DNA from: an uncultured Anaeromyxobacter sp.
GTDB taxonomy: Bacteria > Myxococcota > Myxococcia > Myxococcales > Anaeromyxobacteraceae
DNA length: 64,000 nucleotides
NCBI GenBank assembly: GCA_903904005.1
Contig: CAIVAR010000185.1
Coordinates: forward strand, 17,052 to 81,051
Direction: 5' to 3'
The notes under the pieces are model-generated. The model was not told the origin of the DNA. It was given only the letters and a program-made list of their open reading frames with translations, and did not search any database. Shown piece by piece: positions 1 through 6,192 of this stretch (positions within the stretch are counted from its first letter, which is position 1; the number at the start of each line of letters is the position of its first letter). Position numbers and translations under genes: made by a program.

Positions 1-948
1 GAGGTGACCAACCGAGAGGAACGTGATCGAGTCGGTATTGCTTGCGGCAAGCCCGGCCGACAGAGTGGTTTCCAGATCCGGGGTCCAGACTTGGTTCCAT
101 GACTCCTCCACCGTGCCCAGGAGGATGTAGAGGTTCCCGGTGAGCATGGAGTCGACCACGGAACCGGTCGTGGTGAGGGTGGTGGCCGGTGACGCCCTGA
201 ACGACCAGGCGACGTCACCCATCGGCCCCCAGGTTCGCGGCTGGGCGGCGGCCCCTCCGCTCCCGACCCCTCCGACGTCCTGGTAGCCGGCGGATAGGGA
301 GAGGCGCGACCGCTGCGTCAGCACCGTCGAGGCCCTCAGGAAGGCGTTCAAGGAGACGTACGGATAGGTCTCGAACGTCCGAACGGGATCGAGCGTGGCC
401 GGCGGCGGACCCGAGCCTCCCGGGGTCGTGGCAGGGAGGAGCTGGGAATTCTGTCCAAAGACGCCCGTTCCGCTGGCGGTGAGCGTCCAGAGCGGTGCGA
501 CCTGCCAGTCGGCCTTGAGGTAGGCGGAGCTCAATACGGCCAGCGCGGAGCCCGTCGTGTTCAACGGCATTGTCAGGCGCGCCGCGTATCCCGTCGACAT
601 CTTGAAGGTCGGGAGGACGACGAGCAGGCTCGCGCCGGGGGTGACCTCGACGTCCGTGCCCCACAGCACGCTCGAGTCCGTCGTGGACAGCGTCCTGGCC
701 CGGAAAAGGGAGGACACCCCAAGGTCCATCGCGACGCCACCCGCTTCCTTCCCGGGGGAGGTCGCGTAGGGCTGCATGGGGATGCCGGTCTCCGGAGGAT
801 CGGTGAACCGAGCGCCCAGGTCGGTACCCGAGGCCTTCTGGGTGTCGACATCGGCTGCGGACGTGGTGCTGCCGGCCGGAGGTGGTTCCGGGGAGGTCGC
901 CTGGGCCGCGACGACGGCCAGCAGGCATGCCGCAACGGGGGCGATCAA
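1..948 (-). CDS. Partial CDS (3' end beyond window edge): secreted Ser/Thr/Gly/Ala-rich protein, probable outer-membrane beta-barrel partner of the adjacent short OPX export protein
   Basis: The third minus-strand frame is open across all 948 nt in my hand translation; it is absent from the ORF track because it runs off the window. N-terminus (M/L)IAPVAACLLAVVAAQA-TSPEPP looks like a signal peptide. The rest shows alternating aromatic/hydrophobic patterns (VAWSFRASPATTLTTTGSVVDSMLTGNLYILLG) and GC-rich third positions. The listed ORFs 215..928 and 573..935 are Arg/Pro-rich shadows. The start (TTG at 948, 2 nt after the upstream TAG) is uncertain. Confidence 0.5.
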   Translation of the reverse strand, partial: MIAPVAACLLAVVAAQATSPEPPPAGSTTSAADVDTQKASGTDLGARFTDPPETGIPMQPYATSPGKEAGGVAMDLGVSSLFRARTLSTTDSSVLWGTDVEVTPGASLLVVLPTFKMSTGYAARLTMPLNTTGSALAVLSSAYLKADWQVAPLWTLTASGTGVFGQNSQLLPATTPGGSGPPPATLDPVRTFETYPYVSLNAFLRASTVLTQRSRLSLSAGYQDVGGVGSGGAAAQPRTWGPMGDVAWSFRASPATTLTTTGSVVDSMLTGNLYILLGTVEESWNQVWTPDLETTLSAGLAASNTDSITFLSVGHL

Positions 949-950
949 GG

Positions 951-1568
951 CTATTCGACGACGACGACGTCGCCGGAGCTGAGGCGGAACGTGGCGGCGC
1001 GCCCTTCGAGTTGCGTGAGCGAGGCGAAGGTGAACCGGATCCGTGTCGCGCCGCTTCCGTCCGGCCTCTGGCGGATGACCATGATCCGATCGCGATCCGC
1101 GAACGGGGTCATGCCTGCGGCCGATGCAAGCGCCTGGAGCACGCCCGAGCCCGGCTCGATCGAGTAGCTTCCCGGCTTGACGACCTCCCCGATCACCGAA
1201 ACCTGAAGCGGTCGGGCTTCGTCGAGCGTCACGGTCACGACCGGGTTCACGATGTAGTCCTTCAGGCCGGTCTGGATCCTTCCCGCCAGCACCGTTGGCG
1301 TGGCCCCCGCGGCCGGAACGTCGCTGACGAACGGCAGGGAGACCTTTCCGTCGGGACGGACCTTGGTCTTCGTCGTGATGGAGTCCTGGTTCCAGACCCG
1401 GATCGTGATCACGTCGCCGGGCTGGAGGAGATAGTCGGATCCCGATGGAGCGGGCGATGCCGGATAGCTATCCGCCCAGACGAATTCGCCGGTCGTCTTG
1501 CATCCCGTGGCCGACAAGAGCAGCGCGATGGCGCCCAGGAGCGCCGCACCCGATCGTCGTATCATCAT
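951..1568 (-). CDS. Short outer-membrane polysaccharide export (OPX/Wza-family) lipoprotein, Poly_export + one SLBB domain only (205 aa)
   Basis: Start trimmed to MMIRRSGAALLGAIALLLSATGC (lipobox). PES-like motif GDVITIRVW...PDGKVSLPFV and SLBB-like VSVIGEVVKPGSY are present. There is no C-terminal amphipathic helix region. Confidence 0.85.
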   Translation of the reverse strand: MMIRRSGAALLGAIALLLSATGCKTTGEFVWADSYPASPAPSGSDYLLQPGDVITIRVWNQDSITTKTKVRPDGKVSLPFVSDVPAAGATPTVLAGRIQTGLKDYIVNPVVTVTLDEARPLQVSVIGEVVKPGSYSIEPGSGVLQALASAAGMTPFADRDRIMVIRQRPDGSGATRIRFTFASLTQLEGRAATFRLSSGDVVVVE

Positions 1569-1692
1569 CCCCCTCCAGCGTCGGCCGTTCCCCGGCGTCA
1601 ACCCTCCGGGAAGAGTCGAATAGCCTGCCGGAGGTTCCGGCTCCATACCATGAACGGGATGCAGGGGCCGCTCCGCGGCATACCGGAGCCGG

Positions 1693-2880
1693 TCACCTCT
1701 TTTCCTCGCGCGGCGTGCGGACCCAGGTTCCCCGGGCATCCGGCGTGCGCCGAAGTCCGATGGCGGCGCGCCAGGCCAGGTACGCAGGGGCCCCGGCGAG
1801 CGCGGCCACGCCGGCGAGGCCGGTTCCCGACAGGGCCAGACCGCGCGTCACGTAACCGAGGAGGGCCAAGTCGCAGGCGACCCAGGGAACGAGCGCGATG
1901 GCCGAACCGGTCCAGACCCAGGCGATGAGGGCCGCCACCGTGCCGATGGACGACCAGGTGACGATCCGGGAGAGGGGTGGGACCAGGAGATCGAGTGCGA
2001 GATCGACGAGGACCCGGTTCCGCTCCCGGATGCCCCGGGCAAGCAAGGGCATCGCCCGCGATCGCGCAAGATCCCGGCGGCCGTGCTCCCACCTCCGGCG
2101 CTGGGGACGGGAGGCCTCCGCCCCCGAGGCCATGACCCCGAGGACCGAGGCCTCCTCGACGTAGCGGATCCGGTGGCCAGCCTCCCCGAGCTGGATTCCG
2201 TACTCCACGTCCTCCACGACCGAGTGGGCGGAATGGGGGATCTCGCGCAGCAAGCGCGCCGAGAAGCACATCCCGTTGCCGCGGAGGCCGCTCGAGAGGG
2301 AGAGGCGCTCCCGGCCCAGCGACCGGAGGTCGTGGAAGAGTGCGAGCGCGATCGTCATGAGCCGCGTTCGCCACGAGTCCTCCGGGTTGCGCACCCCGTA
2401 CCGGGCCTGCATCGCCAGCGCTCCATCGGCGAGGCGCGCGGAGAACGCCGAGAGGAGGTTCGGGGTGGCCAGCGAGTCGGCGTCGACGACCACGAAGGCG
2501 TCGGTCGAGCCCTCCTCGAGGAGCAGGCCGAACGCGTACTCCAGCGCGAAGCCCTTGCCGCGTCGGGACGGGTCGACTCGCTCGATGACCCGGGCGCCGG
2601 CAATCGCGGCCCGGGCGGCGGTCGAATCGGTGCAGTTGTCGGCCACGACGATCACCCGGCGGAGGCCGGCGGGGTAATCGAGGGCAAGGAGGCTCTCGAC
2701 CGTCTCTCCGATCCCGGCCTCCTCGTCGTGGGCGGGTACGACGATGCCGAATCGGATGCCGGGCGGCGGTGGCGCAGGGACCCGGCCGGCACGCGCGAAG
2801 ATGGTCAGCACGGCCAGGTAGCCCGTCGCGAGCACGACCGGGAGCGCGAGGACAAGGAGGGCGACGTTCAGGAGGATCAT
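1693..2880 (-). CDS. Membrane-embedded family-2 glycosyltransferase with processive-synthase motifs (PgaC/NodC/CesA-like)
   Basis: Start trimmed to MILLNVALLVLALPVV (ATGA overlap with the upstream stop). Motifs seen: VPAHDEE, VVDADS, VEDVEY and QRRRW (nt 2089..2103). TM segments occur at the N-terminus and in the C-terminal third. Confidence 0.85.
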   Translation of the reverse strand: MILLNVALLVLALPVVLATGYLAVLTIFARAGRVPAPPPPGIRFGIVVPAHDEEAGIGETVESLLALDYPAGLRRVIVVADNCTDSTAARAAIAGARVIERVDPSRRGKGFALEYAFGLLLEEGSTDAFVVVDADSLATPNLLSAFSARLADGALAMQARYGVRNPEDSWRTRLMTIALALFHDLRSLGRERLSLSSGLRGNGMCFSARLLREIPHSAHSVVEDVEYGIQLGEAGHRIRYVEEASVLGVMASGAEASRPQRRRWEHGRRDLARSRAMPLLARGIRERNRVLVDLALDLLVPPLSRIVTWSSIGTVAALIAWVWTGSAIALVPWVACDLALLGYVTRGLALSGTGLAGVAALAGAPAYLAWRAAIGLRRTPDARGTWVRTPREEKR

Positions 2881-5800
2881 GGGCGGGTCGAAGGGGAGGG
2901 AACGCTCGCAGACGAGGGGAGCGGATGCAAGCTGGGGACCGGACTGCCCTGGTCGGAGGGGCGACGGGCCCTCTGGCGCCAGGCGCCCCTCGCCGAGGCC
3001 AGCTTGCCGGCCGCGGCGAGGGCGGGCGCCAGGAGGAACACGCCGTGCCACGAGACGATCGCCATGTCGCCGTAAGCCTGGATGAGGAACACGACGGCCA
3101 CGGAGACCACCGTCAGGCAGGCCGAGCGCAGGAGGGGGTCGGCCGTTGCACGGTATGCGCGGGCGGCCAGGTAGAGCCCCACCGTCAGGAAGGCGAACAG
3201 GGTGGTGAAGCCGAGCACGCCACCGAATGCCAGGAGTCCGAGCAGGCTGTTGTGCGGGATGAACCGCCACTGGGCGAAGAGGTGGGAGATGTCGTCACCG
3301 CGCGTGTACTGGACGTATTCCCGGCCGAAGCCCATCCCCAGGAACGGATTGTCCTGGAGGTTCTTGACCAGGTTGTAGTTCTCGACGTCCCTTTCCTCCG
3401 TGGATCGGTCGGACTTCGAATCGACCACCGAACGGACCTTGGCGACGGGCGCGAAGACCCGGGACCCGGAGTTCCACCCGGCGACCATGTAGAGCAACAG
3501 CACCGGTGCAGCCAGGACGAGGCCGCGCTGGATCGTCCGCTTCGCGCGCGAGCGCGGCAGCATGAAGTACACGACCACCAGGGCTGCGACGATCTCCACC
3601 CAGACGAGCCGCCGGTTGTTGGCGACCATCCCGGCGATCAGGATCGGCGAGAGGAGGAGCAGTCGGCCGAAGGTCCGCCGGCCAGGCGCCTCCACGGCCA
3701 TCACGACCAGCAGGCATGCGGAGCTTGCGAAGAGCATCGAGTCCGCGTGGGAGGTGGCCGTGGGCAGGGACTCGACGGGGAGCGCCACGGTCACCCGCAC
3801 CCAGACCGCGAGGCAAGCCTTGACGAGGGCCGCGGCGACGACGGTCCGCGCGAGCGGCGCGAGGTCCCGAGGGCCCCGCAGGGCGGCCAGGAAGAGCAGC
3901 ACCATGGCGAGCAGCATGGCGGGTACGTGGCACTGCCAGAGGACCTGCCCGAGGTCACCGCCCTGGGCCATCCCCGTCGCCACGAGTACGGCCATGGCCC
4001 CGAGGGAGACGAACACCGCTCCGACGAGGGGAGCGGGTGCGGGCCAGGATCCGTCCGTGTCGACACCCTTCCCCGCCATCCGGCGGCCGACGGCGACCGC
4101 GGCGAGAAGGGCGAAGATGGCGTCCACCCCGGCGAAGCGCAGAGCGGGCACCGGGAGCGTGAGGTTGAGGTTCGAGTTGAGGAGATGGCCGAGGAGGTGC
4201 CACGGGGACTGCCACCTCCCCGAGGAGTCCCCGGGGGCGTCCAGGACGAGCATCGAGAAGAGGAGGACCAGCGTGCTCTGGCGCAGGGGTGCCGTGACGA
4301 GCCACCAGGCGGCGGCGGCGAGGAGGGTGGGGGCCACGGCGATGAGCGGGTTGGCCGCGTTCGCGAGAAGGAGGACCGTCGAGACGGCGACGCCTCCCGT
4401 GATGGCCGCCACGCCCAAGCGACGTGTCCGTGAGACCGTCACGGGGCCCGTCCCCGGTGAGGGCGCCCGGGACGTCGCCAGGAAGGTGAACGCCCCGAGC
4501 ACGACACCGCAGAGGATCCCGCCCAGGACCACGACGAGCGGGCGGGGCCGAACGGGTTCGACGGGGACCTCCGCAGGGACCACGATCATGTACCGGTACG
4601 CGAATGCGGCCCGGACCACGTCGGCCTCGATCCGGGCGGCCTCGATCCGGCGAAGGATGCGCTCCTGCTCCAGGGCGACGATGTGGAGGCGTCCCCTGGC
4701 GGCCACCAGGCCCGGCGGATCGGCCCGGCGATCCCGGATGGCCGGCAGCGGCACCTCGTCCATCGGCCCGGCGCGGGACGAGCCGGAGCGCACGAGCACG
4801 CCGTCGGCATCGGTGCGCTCCCTTCCATCGATGCCGTTCGCGATCCGCGGACGAGCCCCTGGGACGCGGGGATCTCGCTGCACCCCGCCACGAAGTCCGG
4901 CGGCCACGAGCGGGCGCTGGGTATCCTCGGCCTCGGCGGGCGTCGCCATGGCCTCCTCGGCCGCCTCGTCCTCGGAGGCCGAGGTGTCGCCCGCAAGGTG
5001 GCCCGTCTCCAGGTCGCGAATCCGCCGCCGGAGGGCTCCTTCCTGCGGGTCCGGCTCGTCCCACGACGCGAACGCGTCCTGCGCGGCCAGGACGCTGGGG
5101 TGGCGATCGGAGTAGACGGTCCGCAGGGTCGAGAGGCGCGCCTCGGCGTCCTTTCGCCGCGCGGCGCGCGAGGTCTCGAGACGGTCCAGATCGGCGCGCG
5201 CCGACGCCAGCGCCGCGGCGAGGGGATCGGCCGCCGTCGGGGAAGCCGTCCGGAGCACGGGCCGGGTACGCCGCGCCTCGCCGCGAAGTGCCGGAGGGAG
5301 CAGCGCCTCCTCCCGGACCAGTTCCGCCCTCGCAGCGGTGACCGCGTCGCCCGATTCCGCCGCCCGACGCTCCAGGATCGCGATGACCTCGTCGACCGGC
5401 TGTACCTCCCGGGCCCTCCGCGTCTCCAGGAACTTCTGCTGCGCCGCCTCGACGAGCACGAACGCGGTCCTGGCGCTCGGCCAGTCGATCCCGATCGCGA
5501 CGGTTCCCTCCGGCAGCGCCTTCACGTAGAGGCGCTTGCGGAGGATCTCGACCAGCTGGTCCCGGCGGTCGTCCAGCATGGGGATGGGGCCGCGGGCGGA
5601 CCGCAGCCGATCGACCGCGCGCAGGACGAAGCCTCGGTCTTTCTCCCAGCGTGACAGGAGGTCGGTCTCCTGGATGATGGAGAGCAGGTTGCGGCGGCTG
5701 AGGACGAGGTCGGCAGCGGCCCAGCCAGGCGCTTCGCCTCCCTGGGCACGCCCCCGATCCGGGTTCACGAGCGCCGGCATCCGGAGGTGCGGCTCCGCGA

Positions 5801-5936
5801 GGAGTACCGCCTCCACGTGCCAGGTGCTGGGCATCGCGAGCAGCGTCACGGCGACGAGCGCCTGGACCGCGAGGAAGACCCCGGCCGCGAGACGGAAGGG
5901 ACTGCGAGAGGGGGTCTGGCTCGAGCCGGCGGGCAT
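2877..5936 (-). CDS. Single-ORF fusion: polysaccharide co-polymerase (Wzz/GumC-like, about aa 1-490) + Wzy/O-antigen-ligase-family polymerase (about aa 500-1019)
   Basis: The N-terminal half has a TM, a long coiled/charged periplasmic region and a second TM (AFAYRYMIVVPAE...LVVVLGGILCGVVLGAF), and is paralogous to CDS 17934..19406. The C-terminal half is polytopic with the Wzy_C-like block NPFLGMGFGREY...RFIPHNSLLGLLAFGG. No stop codon lies between the halves; the junction is about nt 4440-4470. Confidence 0.8.
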   Translation of the reverse strand: MPAGSSQTPSRSPFRLAAGVFLAVQALVAVTLLAMPSTWHVEAVLLAEPHLRMPALVNPDRGRAQGGEAPGWAAADLVLSRRNLLSIIQETDLLSRWEKDRGFVLRAVDRLRSARGPIPMLDDRRDQLVEILRKRLYVKALPEGTVAIGIDWPSARTAFVLVEAAQQKFLETRRAREVQPVDEVIAILERRAAESGDAVTAARAELVREEALLPPALRGEARRTRPVLRTASPTAADPLAAALASARADLDRLETSRAARRKDAEARLSTLRTVYSDRHPSVLAAQDAFASWDEPDPQEGALRRRIRDLETGHLAGDTSASEDEAAEEAMATPAEAEDTQRPLVAAGLRGGVQRDPRVPGARPRIANGIDGRERTDADGVLVRSGSSRAGPMDEVPLPAIRDRRADPPGLVAARGRLHIVALEQERILRRIEAARIEADVVRAAFAYRYMIVVPAEVPVEPVRPRPLVVVLGGILCGVVLGAFTFLATSRAPSPGTGPVTVSRTRRLGVAAITGGVAVSTVLLLANAANPLIAVAPTLLAAAAWWLVTAPLRQSTLVLLFSMLVLDAPGDSSGRWQSPWHLLGHLLNSNLNLTLPVPALRFAGVDAIFALLAAVAVGRRMAGKGVDTDGSWPAPAPLVGAVFVSLGAMAVLVATGMAQGGDLGQVLWQCHVPAMLLAMVLLFLAALRGPRDLAPLARTVVAAALVKACLAVWVRVTVALPVESLPTATSHADSMLFASSACLLVVMAVEAPGRRTFGRLLLLSPILIAGMVANNRRLVWVEIVAALVVVYFMLPRSRAKRTIQRGLVLAAPVLLLYMVAGWNSGSRVFAPVAKVRSVVDSKSDRSTEERDVENYNLVKNLQDNPFLGMGFGREYVQYTRGDDISHLFAQWRFIPHNSLLGLLAFGGVLGFTTLFAFLTVGLYLAARAYRATADPLLRSACLTVVSVAVVFLIQAYGDMAIVSWHGVFLLAPALAAAGKLASARGAWRQRARRPSDQGSPVPSLHPLPSSASVPSPSTRP

Positions 5937-5948
5937 CCGTGGGGTGGA

Positions 5949-6119
5949 TCAATAGAGCCGCGGCAGGACGAACCGAAGCGCGAGGTAGTAGGCGGCGTTG
6001 AACGCGGCGGTCAGGGCCAGGGCCTTGCGCAGGCCCCGGGCAGCCGACGGGTCACGCGAGGTGACGATCGGGATGGCGACGATGCCGAACACGACGGCGA
6101 CGAGGAGGAGCTTGGCCAT
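5949..6119 (-). CDS. Small (56 aa) two-helix membrane protein, hypothetical; below the ORF-track length cutoff
   Basis: Hand translation: MAKLLLVAVVFGIVAIPIVTSRDPSAARGLRKALALTAAFNAAYYLALRFVLPRLY*. Third codon positions are GC-rich. It sits 12 nt upstream of the PCP-Wzy start and 73 nt downstream of the GH18 gene stop. No clear Shine-Dalgarno sequence. Confidence 0.4.
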   Translation of the reverse strand: MAKLLLVAVVFGIVAIPIVTSRDPSAARGLRKALALTAAFNAAYYLALRFVLPRLY

Positions 6120-6192
6120 GGCGGCGGGCCGAGCCTACCCGATCGGCGCTCCCCGGTGATCCGGAACGCGAGGGATGTCCCTCGCTTCCGGG

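Noticed and set aside
215-935. Track ORFs 215..928 (-) and 573..935 (-), 237 and 120 aa
   Set aside because: Both are Arg/Pro/Gly-rich low-complexity translations typical of off-frame reading in high-GC DNA. The third minus frame is open across the whole region and gives a plausible secreted protein.
2769-5952. Long ORFs 3955..5952 (-), 2769..4433 (+), 3562..5115 (+) and 4604..5654 (+) overlapping the PCP-Wzy gene
   Set aside because: These are shadow ORFs: extreme R/G/P/A composition and no recognisable motifs. The frame chosen has TM helices, coiled regions and a Wzy_C-like block.
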